Assembly (NCBI GenBank): GCA_011051715.1
Contig: DRKP01000006.1
Span: forward strand, 12,729 to 76,728
Direction: 5' to 3'
Length of the DNA: 64,000 nt
Source: Sedimenticola thiotaurini
GTDB lineage: Bacteria > Pseudomonadota > Gammaproteobacteria > Chromatiales > Chromatiaceae
The notes beneath the pieces were generated by a model. That model did no database searches, had not been told where the DNA came from, and saw nothing but the letters and a program-made list of their open reading frames with translations. Numbering within the stretch: the first letter of the stretch is position 1; each line of letters opens with the position of its first letter. The translations under genes were made by a program, and so were the position numbers. Positions 28,661 through 37,865 of the stretch are shown in pieces.

Positions 28661-29140
28661 ATGATGAGGTCGCTCTCCATCTCGGTGGACAAATGTACCG
28701 GATGCCGGCAGTGCGAAATGGCCTGTTCCTATGAGCACGAGGGGGTGTTCAACCCGGCCCGGTCCCGTATCAAGGTGTTCGCGTTCGAAAGCGAGGGACG
28801 TTTCGTCCCCTACACCTGCACCCAGTGCGACGACGCCTGGTGCCGTAATGCATGTCCCACCGGGGCGATCGGGATCAACACCGCCACCGGCGCCAAGGAG
28901 GTCGACGACGGGCTCTGCGTGGGTTGCAAGGTCTGCACCATCGCCTGCCCGTTCGGCACCATCAACTACAACCCCGCCACTGGCAAGGTGATCAAGTGCG
29001 ACCTGTGCGGCGGCGATCCGGCCTGCGCCCGCGCCTGCCCGACCCAGGCGATCACCTATGTGGATGCCGACGCCACCGGCTACGAGCGCATGCGCGCCTG
29101 GGCCGGGCGCACCGACAACGCCACCGCGGCACAGGTCTGA
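28661..29140 (+). CDS. aorA: 4Fe-4S multi-cluster ferredoxin-like electron-transfer subunit (AorA-like)
   Basis: Four Cys clusters: CTGCRQCEMAC, CTQCDDAWCRNAC, CVGCKVCTIAC and CDLCGGDPACARAC. AGGAG RBS. Confidence 0.85.
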   Translation: MMRSLSISVDKCTGCRQCEMACSYEHEGVFNPARSRIKVFAFESEGRFVPYTCTQCDDAWCRNACPTGAIGINTATGAKEVDDGLCVGCKVCTIACPFGTINYNPATGKVIKCDLCGGDPACARACPTQAITYVDADATGYERMRAWAGRTDNATAAQV

Positions 29141-29156
29141 ACAGGAGAGCGAACCC

Positions 29157-31004
29157 ATGTCTTGGCAAAAGAAAATTCTGCGCGTCAACCTGACCGAAGG
29201 CAGCTGCACCGCCGAACCCCTCAACATGGAGTGGGCCAACGACTATCTGGGCCAGCGCGGCCTGGCAACCAAATACCTGGTGGAGGAGATCGATCCCAAG
29301 GTGGATCCCCTGTCGCCGGAGAACAAGCTGATCTTCGCCACCGGCCCCCTCACCGGCACCATGGCCTCCACCGCCGCCCGCTACTCGGTGATCACCAAGG
29401 GCGCCCTCACCGGCGCCATCGCCTGCTCCAACTCCGGTGGCTATTTCGGCGCCGAGCTGAAGTTCGCCGGCTGGGACATGATCATCTTCGAGGGCCGGGC
29501 GGAGCAGCCTGTCTACCTCTACATCCAGGACGACGAGGCCACCCTGCTGCCCGCTGACGATCTGTGGGGCCGCAGCGTGTGGGAGACCGACGAGCTGCTG
29601 AAGAAGCGCCATCAGGAGCCCGAGCTGAAGATATCCGCCATCGGTCGGGCGGGCGAGGAGGGGGTCCTGTTCGCCTGCATCGTCAACGACCTGCATCGGG
29701 CGGCCGGGCGCTCCGGGGTCGGTACCGTGATGGGCTCAAAGAACCTGAAGGCGATCGCCGTGCGCGGTACCAAGGGCGTCAAGGTGAAGGATCCGCAGCG
29801 CTTCATGCAGACGGTGGCGGAGAAGAAACAGGTGCTGGCGGAGAATGCCGTCACCGGCCAGGGCCTGCCCACCTATGGCACCCAGGTGCTGATGAACGTG
29901 ATCAACGAGGTGGGCGCGCTGCCGACGCGCAACGCCCGCGAGGTCCAGTTCGAGGGCGCCAGCGAGATCTCCGGCGAGGCCATGCACGAACCGCGTGGCA
30001 GCGAACACAAGCCGAACCTGGTGACCAACCAGGCCTGCTTCGGCTGTACCATCGCCTGCGGCCGGGTCTCGCGTATCGACAAGGAGCACTACACGGTGGT
30101 CAACCGGCCCGAGTACTGGGGTGCCTCCGGTGGCCTGGAGTACGAGAACGCCTGGTCCCTGGGCGCTGATACCGGTGTCGACGACCTGGACGCGCTCACC
30201 TTCGCCAACTTCATCTGCAACGAGCAGGGCTTCGATCCCATCACCTTTGGCGCCACCCTGGCGGCGGCCATGGAGCTGTACGGGATGGGTGTCATCACCG
30301 ACGAGGACACCGGTGGCGTGGCGCTGGAGTTCGGCTCCGCCGAGGCCCTGACCACCATGGCCGAACTGACCGCCAGGGGCGAGGGGTTCGGCCGGATCCT
30401 GGGCCTCGGTTCCAAGCGCCTGTGCGAGAAATATGGTCACCCGGATCTCTCCATGAGCGTCAAGGGGCAGGAGTTCCCGGCCTACGATCCGCGCGGCATT
30501 CAGGGCATGGGCCTGACCTACGCCACCAGCAACCGCGGTGCCTGCCACCTGCGCAGCTACACCGTTGCCTCCGAGATCCTGGGTATTCCCGAGAAGACCG
30601 ATCCGCTGGCCACCGAGGGCAAGGCGGGACTGGTGAAGGCGTTCCAGGACGCCACCGCGGCGGTGGACTCCACCGGCCTGTGCCTGTTCACCACCTTTGC
30701 CTGGTCGCTGGAGGACTTCTGGCCCCAGGTGGACGCCGCCTGCGACGGCGACTGGAGCCTGGAGCGGCTGGCCGAGATCGGCGAACGCATCTGGAACATG
30801 GAGCGCCAGTTCAACCTGGATGCCGGCTTCACCGGCAAGGACGATACCCTGCCCAAACGGCTGCTCAAGGAGGCGGCCAGGACCGGCCCCGCCGAGGGCA
30901 AGGTGAGCGGTCTCGACCAGATGCTGCCGGAGTACTACCAGCTGCGGGGCTGGGACGAGAACGGGGTCCCGACCCAGGAGACCATGCAGCGCCTCGGCCT
31001 CTGA
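29157..31004 (+). CDS. aorB: Tungsten-containing aldehyde:ferredoxin oxidoreductase family catalytic subunit (AorB-like)
   Basis: AOR_N domain (ILRVNLTEGSCTAEPL, GGRGLATKYL-like, FATGPLTG), 4Fe-4S ligands QACFGCTIACGR and the AOR C-domain. AGGAGA RBS at 29143-29148 and ATG at 29157. Confidence 0.93.
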   Translation: MSWQKKILRVNLTEGSCTAEPLNMEWANDYLGQRGLATKYLVEEIDPKVDPLSPENKLIFATGPLTGTMASTAARYSVITKGALTGAIACSNSGGYFGAELKFAGWDMIIFEGRAEQPVYLYIQDDEATLLPADDLWGRSVWETDELLKKRHQEPELKISAIGRAGEEGVLFACIVNDLHRAAGRSGVGTVMGSKNLKAIAVRGTKGVKVKDPQRFMQTVAEKKQVLAENAVTGQGLPTYGTQVLMNVINEVGALPTRNAREVQFEGASEISGEAMHEPRGSEHKPNLVTNQACFGCTIACGRVSRIDKEHYTVVNRPEYWGASGGLEYENAWSLGADTGVDDLDALTFANFICNEQGFDPITFGATLAAAMELYGMGVITDEDTGGVALEFGSAEALTTMAELTARGEGFGRILGLGSKRLCEKYGHPDLSMSVKGQEFPAYDPRGIQGMGLTYATSNRGACHLRSYTVASEILGIPEKTDPLATEGKAGLVKAFQDATAAVDSTGLCLFTTFAWSLEDFWPQVDAACDGDWSLERLAEIGERIWNMERQFNLDAGFTGKDDTLPKRLLKEAARTGPAEGKVSGLDQMLPEYYQLRGWDENGVPTQETMQRLGL

Positions 31005-31147
31005 GTGCCGGTAGCCCCCGCAGGGCGTTTCCACCGCCGGGTCGCCGGGAATGCAGAGACGGGGACGATCCCATGATCGCCGCCTCTGAATTCCCGGCGC
31101 CCGCGCGGGTGCCTCTGTGGTGACAGTCCGATAACGGAGAACAGCTC

Positions 31148-32398
31148 ATGCACTATGTGATCATCGGTGCGGGACCGGCCGGGGTGACCGCCGCCGAGAC
31201 CCTGCGCAGCAGGGATCCGGAGGGCAGCATCACCCTGATCGGCGACGAGCCGGAACCGGCCTATTCGCGCATGGCCATCCCCTACCTGCTGGCGGGTGAC
31301 ATCGGGGAGGAGGGGACCTGGCTGCGTCATGGCGACGACCATTTCGACAACCTGGGCATCCAGCGGGTGCAGGACCGGGTCACCGCCATCGACAGCGGGG
31401 CCCGCAACCTGACCCTGGCGAGCGGGGGCGGGCTCTCGTTCGACCGCCTGCTGCTGGCCTCCGGTTCCGAGGCGGTCAGTCCCCCCATCGCCGGTCTGGA
31501 CCAGCCCGGCATCCACCACTGCTGGACCCTGGAGGATGCCCGCCACATCATGGAGCTGGCCCGGGAGGGGAAACGGGTGGTGCTGATGGGGGCCGGGTTC
31601 ATCGGCAGCATCATCATGGAGGCACTGGCCCGCCGTGGCGTCGAGTTGACGGTGGTGGAGGCGGGCGACCGCATGGTGCCGCGGATGATGGACCGGACCG
31701 CCGGCGGCCTGATCGGACAGTGGTGCCGTTCGAAGGGGGTGACGGTGCGCACCTCCACCCGCATCACGGCGGTGAATGCCGACCCGGGCGGATCGTTCCG
31801 CTTCCTGCTCGAGTGTGATCCCGGGGAAGCGCTGCCGGCGGACCTGCTGGTGGTGGCCACCGGCGTGCGCCCGCGACTGGACTATCTCCGGGGCAGCGGC
31901 ATCGACACCGACAGCGGCGTGCTGGTGGACGGGCGGCTGCAGACCTCGGTGCCGGGCATCTATGCCGCCGGTGACGTCTGCCAGGGTCACGACTGGGGCA
32001 GCAGCGACCGCAGTGTCCACGCCATCCAGCCGGTGGCGGTCGAGACCGGCCGGCTGGCGGCGATCAACATGAGCGGCGGCGAGGTGCGCCATCAGGGCAG
32101 TATGGACATGAACGTGCTCGACGCCCTGGGCCTGATCTGCACCTCCTATGGCCGCTGGATGGGGGTCGATGGCGGCGATTCCGCCGAGCTGCTGGATGCC
32201 GACCGCTACCGCTACGTCAAACTGCAGTTCGAGGAAGACCGCCTGGTGGGGGCCATCACCCTGGGACGAACGGAACAGGTGGGGGTGTTGCGGGGTCTGA
32301 TCCAGAGCAGGGTCCGGCTCGGCCCCTGGAAGGCGCGGCTGCAGCAGGATCCCAACCGCATCATGGAGGCCTACCTGGCATCGACCCAGTCATTCTGA
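31148..32398 (+). CDS. aorC: FAD/NAD(P)-binding pyridine nucleotide-disulfide oxidoreductase (AorC-like)
   Basis: VIIGAGPAGVTAAE, VVLMGAGFIGSIIMEAL and AAGDVCQ motifs. Confidence 0.85.
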   Translation: MHYVIIGAGPAGVTAAETLRSRDPEGSITLIGDEPEPAYSRMAIPYLLAGDIGEEGTWLRHGDDHFDNLGIQRVQDRVTAIDSGARNLTLASGGGLSFDRLLLASGSEAVSPPIAGLDQPGIHHCWTLEDARHIMELAREGKRVVLMGAGFIGSIIMEALARRGVELTVVEAGDRMVPRMMDRTAGGLIGQWCRSKGVTVRTSTRITAVNADPGGSFRFLLECDPGEALPADLLVVATGVRPRLDYLRGSGIDTDSGVLVDGRLQTSVPGIYAAGDVCQGHDWGSSDRSVHAIQPVAVETGRLAAINMSGGEVRHQGSMDMNVLDALGLICTSYGRWMGVDGGDSAELLDADRYRYVKLQFEEDRLVGAITLGRTEQVGVLRGLIQSRVRLGPWKARLQQDPNRIMEAYLASTQSF

Positions 32399-32411
32399 AA
32401 CGGTGATCCGC

Positions 32412-32660
32412 ATGCGTGTCACGTTCAAACTCTATGCCTCCCTGGCCGAACACCTGCCGGCCACCGCCGACGGCCACCAGGCGGTGCTCGAGGTACCGGA
32501 CGATACCACCCCGGTGCAGCTGCTGGAGCACCACGGCGTGCCGCTGGCCCAGGTCCATCTGGTCCTGGTCAACGGCGTCTTCGTGCCGCCGGGCGAGCGT
32601 GAGCAGCCGCTCAGCGAGGGAGACGAACTGGCGGTGTGGCCGGCGGTGGCCGGTGGCTGA
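32412..32660 (+). CDS. MoaD/ThiS-family small sulfur-carrier-like protein
   Basis: 82 aa, beta-grasp-like, ending in the diagnostic C-terminal GG (WPAVAGG). An alternative GTG lies at 32403. Confidence 0.75.
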   Translation: MRVTFKLYASLAEHLPATADGHQAVLEVPDDTTPVQLLEHHGVPLAQVHLVLVNGVFVPPGEREQPLSEGDELAVWPAVAGG

Positions 32661-34359
32661 GGAGGTGGCGGGTCCGGAGCAGCGCTTCTGCGAGATCCTG
32701 CTGCAGGAGGGCCTGGTGGACCAGGCCGGGCTGGAACGGGCGCGCCGTGCGCGGGAGGAGCTGGGTGGCGCCCTGGACGATATCCTGGTCAAGCTCGGTT
32801 TGATCGGCGAACAGGACCGCGCCCGCGCCCACTCCATCCAGCACACTGTCCCCCTGGCGTCGAAGAAGGACTATCCCTCCACTCCGCTGTTTGCCGACCA
32901 GGTGTCGCCCGGATTTCTGGCCAAGTCCCGCATCCTGCCACTGCGCGAGGACGAAGAGGGGGTCGACCTGGCGATGGTCGATCCCGGTGACGACTACGCC
33001 ATCCGGGCGATGGCCCTGCTGGCGGGCAAGCCGGTGCGGCCCTGGGCCGGCACGGCGAAGGAGATCGAGGACGCGCTGCAGGAGTTGTACGGGGACGGCG
33101 GCAGCGCCATGGACCGGATCATCGCCGATGCCGGCAGCGACGGGCCGGACGAGGCGGAGGAGGACCTGGAACGGCTCAGGGACCTGGCCAGCGAGGCCCC
33201 CGTCGTGCGCCTGGTCAACTCCCTGTTCCTGCGCGCCTACGAGCAGCGCGCCTCGGATATCCACATCGAGCCCTCGGAACGCCATCTCGGTGTGCGCCTT
33301 CGTGTCGATGGCGTGCTGCGCGAGGTCGAGCCGGTGCCGAAACGGCTGGCGGCGGCGATCGTCTCGCGGATCAAGATCATGGCGCACATGGATATCGCCG
33401 AGCGGCGCCTGTCCCAGGACGGCCGCATCCGGATGCGGGTACGCGACCAGGAGATCGACATGCGGGTCTCCACCGTGCCCACCCTGTTCGGCGAGAGCAT
33501 GGTGCTGCGGCTGCTGGAACACGGCACCGTGGACCTGGATTTCGACGCGCTCGGCATCGAGCCGGCGATCCTGGCCCATATCGAGGAGGCCCTGGCCGGG
33601 CACCACGGCATCCTGCTGGTGACCGGCCCCACCGGCAGCGGCAAGACCACCACGCTCTATACCGCGCTCAAGTACCTCAACTCACCGGAGCGCAAGATCA
33701 TCACCGTGGAGGACCCGATCGAGTACCAGCTGGAACGGGTGACCCAGATCCAGGTGAACCCGGACATCGGCCTGACCTTCGCCAATGTCCTGCGCTCCAT
33801 CGTGCGCCAGGACCCGGATGTGATCATGATCGGCGAGATGCGCGATCTGGAGACCGCCGAGATCGCGGTGCAATCGGCCCTCACCGGTCATCTGGTGCTC
33901 TCCACCCTGCATACCAACGATGCCGCCGGCGCCATCACCCGGCTGCTCGACATGGGGGTGGAGGACTACCTGCTCACCTCCACCGTCAACGGCGTGCTGG
34001 CCCAGCGGCTGGTGCGCGCCCTCTGCCGGGAGTGTCGCCAGGACTGGGAGGCCCCGCCCGAGCTGGTGCAGCGGATGCAGTTGCGGCGTTTCACCGGCGA
34101 TGAGCCGGTCCGGCTCTACCGCCCGGGGGGCTGTGACGCCTGCTCCGGGCTGGGCTACCGTGGCCGGATCGGGATCTTCGAGTTCCTGCCGGTGGACGCC
34201 GCCATCCGCTCTCTGATCCTGCAGCGGAGCGATTCCGACACCATCCACCGGGCAGCGGTGGAGCAGGGCATGACCACCCTGTTCGACGACGGCCTGCGCA
34301 AGGTACTGCAGGGGCTGACCAGCATCGAGGAGGTGCTGCGCGTGACGCGGCAGCACTGA
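32653..34359 (+). CDS. gspE: Type II secretion system ATPase GspE
   Basis: T2SSE N-domain, Walker A GPTGSGKTT, Asp and His boxes, and the tetracysteine motif CRECRQ...CDACSGLGYRGR. There is no in-frame ATG near the N-terminus. The start is probably the GTG at 32653 (or 32665), overlapping the MoaD-like stop. Confidence 0.9.
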   Translation: MAEEVAGPEQRFCEILLQEGLVDQAGLERARRAREELGGALDDILVKLGLIGEQDRARAHSIQHTVPLASKKDYPSTPLFADQVSPGFLAKSRILPLREDEEGVDLAMVDPGDDYAIRAMALLAGKPVRPWAGTAKEIEDALQELYGDGGSAMDRIIADAGSDGPDEAEEDLERLRDLASEAPVVRLVNSLFLRAYEQRASDIHIEPSERHLGVRLRVDGVLREVEPVPKRLAAAIVSRIKIMAHMDIAERRLSQDGRIRMRVRDQEIDMRVSTVPTLFGESMVLRLLEHGTVDLDFDALGIEPAILAHIEEALAGHHGILLVTGPTGSGKTTTLYTALKYLNSPERKIITVEDPIEYQLERVTQIQVNPDIGLTFANVLRSIVRQDPDVIMIGEMRDLETAEIAVQSALTGHLVLSTLHTNDAAGAITRLLDMGVEDYLLTSTVNGVLAQRLVRALCRECRQDWEAPPELVQRMQLRRFTGDEPVRLYRPGGCDACSGLGYRGRIGIFEFLPVDAAIRSLILQRSDSDTIHRAAVEQGMTTLFDDGLRKVLQGLTSIEEVLRVTRQH

Positions 34360-34362
34360 GCC

Positions 34363-35580
34363 ATGCCGTTGTTCCGCTACCGATCGATCGCGCCGTCGGG
34401 CGAGCTGACCGAGGGGGAGATGCAGGCGGCGGCGGAGGCCGCGGTGATCAGCCACCTGAAGGAGATCGGGCATCTGCCGGTACGGGTGGAGCCCACCGTT
34501 GAGCAGCGCCGGCAGGCGGGTCCCGGGCTGTTCCGGACGCGCCGGCTGCTGACCCGCGGCCAGCTGGCGGTACTGACCCGCGAGCTGGCGCGCCTGGTCG
34601 GGGCCGGCGTCTCCCTGGAGCGCTCCCTCGGCATCCTCGAGGAGGTGGCGGAGACGGAGGCGGAGCGGCTGCTGCTGTTGCGCCTGGTGGAGGCGATCCG
34701 CGCCGGATCCAGCTTCGCCGATGCCGTCGAGGCGGAGGGCGCGCCGTTCGGCCGGCTCTATGTCAGCATGGTACGGGCCGGCGAGGAGGGTGGCGCGCTG
34801 CCGCTGGTGCTGGACCGCCTGGCCGGCTATCTGGAGGAGTCCCAGGCGTTTCGCGCCGACATCGGTGCGGCCCTGATCTATCCGGTGATCCTGCTGCTGG
34901 TATCGGTGGTGTCGCTGGTCCTGCTGCTGACCCTGGTGGTGCCCCAGTTCCAGCGCATGTTCGACGAGGCCGGTGCCCTCCTGCCCCTGCCGACCCGGAT
35001 CGTGATCGCCCTCGGCGACTGGATGCAGCAGTACTGGTGGACCCTGCCGGTACTGGCGCTGGTGGGCCTGCTCGGTGTCCCCCGACTGCTGGAGCGGCCG
35101 CGTATCCGCCTCGCCTGGGACCGGTTTCAGCTGCGCCTCCCGCTGCTGGGTCCACTGATCCGGAAGATCGAGGTGGCCCGCTTCTGCCGCACCCTCGCCA
35201 CCCTGCTCGGCAACGGCGTGCTGCTGCTGCCGGCGCTCGGCATCGTGCGCGAGACCCTGGGCAACCGGGCCCTGGCGGAGTCGGTGGGGCGGGTGGCGGA
35301 GCGCCTGAAGCGGGGTGAGACCCTGTCCGGGCCGATGCTGGAGGAGGGCCGGTTTCCCAGGCTGGCCTGCCACATGGTCAGGGTGGGGGAGGAGACCGGA
35401 CGGCTGGAGACGATGCTGGTGGACGTGGCGGACATCTATGACCGCGAGGTGCGCCAGGGCCTGAAGAAGATGCTCGGCCTGCTCGAACCGCTGCTGATCC
35501 TGGTGCTCGGTGTACTGATCGCCGGCATCATCTTCTCCATCCTGCTGGCGCTGTTGAGCCTCAACGAACTGGCGTTCTGA
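34363..35580 (+). CDS. gspF: Type II secretion system inner-membrane platform protein GspF
   Basis: Two T2SSF repeats (LARLVGAGVSLERSL / FCRTLATLLGNGVLLLPAL). 405 aa. Confidence 0.92.
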   Translation: MPLFRYRSIAPSGELTEGEMQAAAEAAVISHLKEIGHLPVRVEPTVEQRRQAGPGLFRTRRLLTRGQLAVLTRELARLVGAGVSLERSLGILEEVAETEAERLLLLRLVEAIRAGSSFADAVEAEGAPFGRLYVSMVRAGEEGGALPLVLDRLAGYLEESQAFRADIGAALIYPVILLLVSVVSLVLLLTLVVPQFQRMFDEAGALLPLPTRIVIALGDWMQQYWWTLPVLALVGLLGVPRLLERPRIRLAWDRFQLRLPLLGPLIRKIEVARFCRTLATLLGNGVLLLPALGIVRETLGNRALAESVGRVAERLKRGETLSGPMLEEGRFPRLACHMVRVGEETGRLETMLVDVADIYDREVRQGLKKMLGLLEPLLILVLGVLIAGIIFSILLALLSLNELAF

Positions 35581-36187
35581 CCCTCTCCTGCCGCGGCGGC
35601 TCCGATGCCGGACGGGCGGTCGCCCGCCCCCGGGGGCGGCTCGGCAGCGGTGTCCGCCGCCCGGCCTGGTCGAGCCGGTCGTCGTTCAGCTTCAGCACGT
35701 CGGTGGCGGCGCCGCGGCCCAGCACCACCTGGCGCGCATCGATCCGCCGCACCCGCCACTCCCCCAGCGAGTCGCCCTCCCTGACCCGGACCGCCGGGCC
35801 CCGGCCTCCCGCGGGCCGGAGGATCGCCAGTCTCTCTTCAGCCGTGACCACGATGCCCACCACCAGGAAGGGCCCACCGCCGGGCCGAGCCGATGAGGGG
35901 GAGGTCGCCCCCTCCTGTGCCGGTGACGGGGACTGGTGCGGGGTGCGGTCGGGGGTGAACAGGGGGTGTTCGACCACTGCAGCGAAATCACCGACAGGTG
36001 GCGACGCCACGACCGGTCCGGCGACGGTGCCGGTATCGCCGGTGCCGCCTCCGTCCGCGGCCCGACGGTCTCCGGCCACCGGGAGCGGCTGCTGCGGCCG
36101 GGTCAGGACCTGGTACAGCCGGAACGAAAGGAACGTGGCCAGGGCCACCAGCAGAAGGGTCCCCAGCCAGTGCAGCGCGCGTGCCAT
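35561..36187 (-). CDS. T2SS GspC/GspN-like protein (single TM + PilP-like HR domain)
   Basis: TM helix WLGTLLLVALATFLSF, Pro/Gly-rich linker and beta-rich FLVVGIVVTAEERLAILRPAG...VREGDSLGEWRVRRIDARQVVL. The start abuts the gspM stop (TGATG). The 3' end overlaps the gspF 3' end by 20 nt. Confidence 0.6.
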   Translation of the reverse strand: MARALHWLGTLLLVALATFLSFRLYQVLTRPQQPLPVAGDRRAADGGGTGDTGTVAGPVVASPPVGDFAAVVEHPLFTPDRTPHQSPSPAQEGATSPSSARPGGGPFLVVGIVVTAEERLAILRPAGGRGPAVRVREGDSLGEWRVRRIDARQVVLGRGAATDVLKLNDDRLDQAGRRTPLPSRPRGRATARPASEPPRQERVRTPVR

Positions 36188-36780
36188 CACTCCTTCCCCC
36201 GGCGGCGATAGCCGGCCACTTCCAGCGTCACCCGCAGCCGGTCCGGACCCTGTTCCGGCGGCCGGCCCTCCCGGCTTCGGCGAAAAGGGAGGCGACGCTG
36301 CTTCGAGCGCCGGATCCCGGCCTTCTCCACCAGCAGGAGGGGACGGCCGTATTCGATCCGGTAGAGTGCCTTCTGCAGCACCTCCACACTGCCGCTGAAG
36401 CGGGCGCGGGCAGTGAGCCGCTCCATCGCACCATCGGCCGATGTCGTCAACAGCTGGGTGCTCTCCAGGCGGCCGCCGGCGTCCTGCACGATCTCCTTCA
36501 GCCGCTCCTGCAGGGCGGCGCCGGCGATGGCGCTGCTTTCGCCCTGCAGCAGTTCCTCCCCCGTCCCCTGTTGCCGCTGCAGCTGCGCCAGGCGCGCCTT
36601 CAGTCGGGGGACGCGATCGGCCGAGCGCTGGTAGCGATCGAGCCGGAAGCGCAGGTCGGCGATCGACTCGTCGTAACCGCGGGAGACCGTCAGCACGGGT
36701 GCCACCAGCAGGGTGATCCCGGCACCCGCCGTCAGCAGGAGCAGGAGCAGCGCGAGCAGCTTTCCGCCGATGCGGTTCAC
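36187..36780 (-). CDS. gspM: T2SS GspM-like (PilO-like) protein
   Basis: N-terminal TM LLALLLLLLTAGAGITLLV, a coiled coil and an alpha/beta C-domain. GTG start overlapping the gspL stop (GTGA). Confidence 0.65.
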   Translation of the reverse strand: MNRIGGKLLALLLLLLTAGAGITLLVAPVLTVSRGYDESIADLRFRLDRYQRSADRVPRLKARLAQLQRQQGTGEELLQGESSAIAGAALQERLKEIVQDAGGRLESTQLLTTSADGAMERLTARARFSGSVEVLQKALYRIEYGRPLLLVEKAGIRRSKQRRLPFRRSREGRPPEQGPDRLRVTLEVAGYRRRGKE

Positions 36781-37865
36781 TGCGCCCCTCCGCCGCTGAC
36801 CAGGGCGCCGATCTGGAAGCGTTCCCGTCCGGAGCGTGCATCCTGCACCACCGGAGCCCGAAAACCGGCCTGTTCGAGGCGGGGCGAGTTCTCGATCACG
36901 CTGATCAGGTTGGCCGCCCGGGAGGAGAGGCCGGACAGGATCAGCCGGTCATCCGCCAGATCCAGTGCCTCCAGCCAGGTGTCCCGGGGCAGCGTCCTGC
37001 TCAGTTCGTCCAGGATCGCCAGCGCCGGCAGCCGCTGCCGGCGGGCCGTTGCCAGTACCTCCGCCTCCAGCTCCAGACGCCGCACCCGGTCGCGCAGCCG
37101 GCGGGCCACCTCGGCCCTGGCGCGGGCGCTCTCCACCCGGGCCTGGAGCAGTGACTCCGTATCCGCCTGCCGGACCAGGTGGGCGGCGACCAGGCCCGCG
37201 CCCAGCAGCAGACAGAGCCACACCAGGAACCGGTTGAGCCGTTGCGGCAGGGAACGGCGGGGGGAGCGGGCGGTCCCCAGCAGATCAAAGCGGGGTGGCT
37301 GCAGCTCGTCCCCGTCGGTGAAATCGACCCGGTCCGGTGTCAGTCCCCGGGCCTCGGCCCGGCGCACCGCCTGTTGCAGCACCTGCAGCGGGGTCAGATA
37401 GACATCGACCCGAAGCAGGCCGCGGCCGGGATCCCGCTCCGCGACGCGGCAGGCGAAGCCGACCTGTTCCGGTGGATAGGGGGAGATCGAATCCAGCTGG
37501 TAGCGCACCACCTGGCGCAGCTCGTGTTCAGCGCTCAGGGGCAGGTCCAGACGCCGCTTCAGTCCGGAAGCCGCGGCCAACCGGAGCACCACCAGGGGGG
37601 CACCCCTCCGCGCCTGCCGGATCAGCGGTGCGTCCCGGGACGGCCGGTCGGTGAGCTGCCCAAGCAGCCGCCCGCGTCCGTGGCGAAGGCGGTAGAGCCT
37701 GGGTGCGGGTCCGTCGTCCAGGATCAGCAGCAGATTGCCCGCCGCCCCGCCGCCGGACCACGGCAGCCCGGGCAGCAGGCCGCGCAGCTCCCGGCCCCAC
37801 CAGCCGAGGAAGCGGCGGAAGTGGCCCCGTTCCGGCCCGGCCCCAATCGTCCCGCTCTGGTTCAT
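36777..37865 (-). CDS. gspL: T2SS GspL-like protein (cytoplasmic GspL/PilM-like domain, TM, PilN-like periplasmic domain)
   Basis: FRRFLGWWGRELRGLLP N-terminus, central TM FLVWLCLLLGAGLVAA and C-terminal TWLEALDLADDRLILSGLS. ATG at 37865 overlaps the gspK stop (ATGA). Confidence 0.65.
   Translation of the reverse strand: MNQSGTIGAGPERGHFRRFLGWWGRELRGLLPGLPWSGGGAAGNLLLILDDGPAPRLYRLRHGRGRLLGQLTDRPSRDAPLIRQARRGAPLVVLRLAAASGLKRRLDLPLSAEHELRQVVRYQLDSISPYPPEQVGFACRVAERDPGRGLLRVDVYLTPLQVLQQAVRRAEARGLTPDRVDFTDGDELQPPRFDLLGTARSPRRSLPQRLNRFLVWLCLLLGAGLVAAHLVRQADTESLLQARVESARARAEVARRLRDRVRRLELEAEVLATARRQRLPALAILDELSRTLPRDTWLEALDLADDRLILSGLSSRAANLISVIENSPRLEQAGFRAPVVQDARSGRERFQIGALVSGGGAQ

Noticed and set aside
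29058-29156. Longer AOR start (ORF-track 29058) that overlaps the ferredoxin gene.
   Set aside because: The extension is Pro/Ala/Thr-rich and overlaps aorA in another frame. A strong AGGAGA RBS precedes the ATG at 29157, where AOR_N homology begins.
35561-36841. 426-aa ORF that covers the gspC/N-like gene and extends over gspM.
   Set aside because: The N-terminal 217 codons overlap gspM in another frame and are Arg/Pro/Gly junk. A coupled ATG at 36187 gives a sensible TM plus PilP-like protein.
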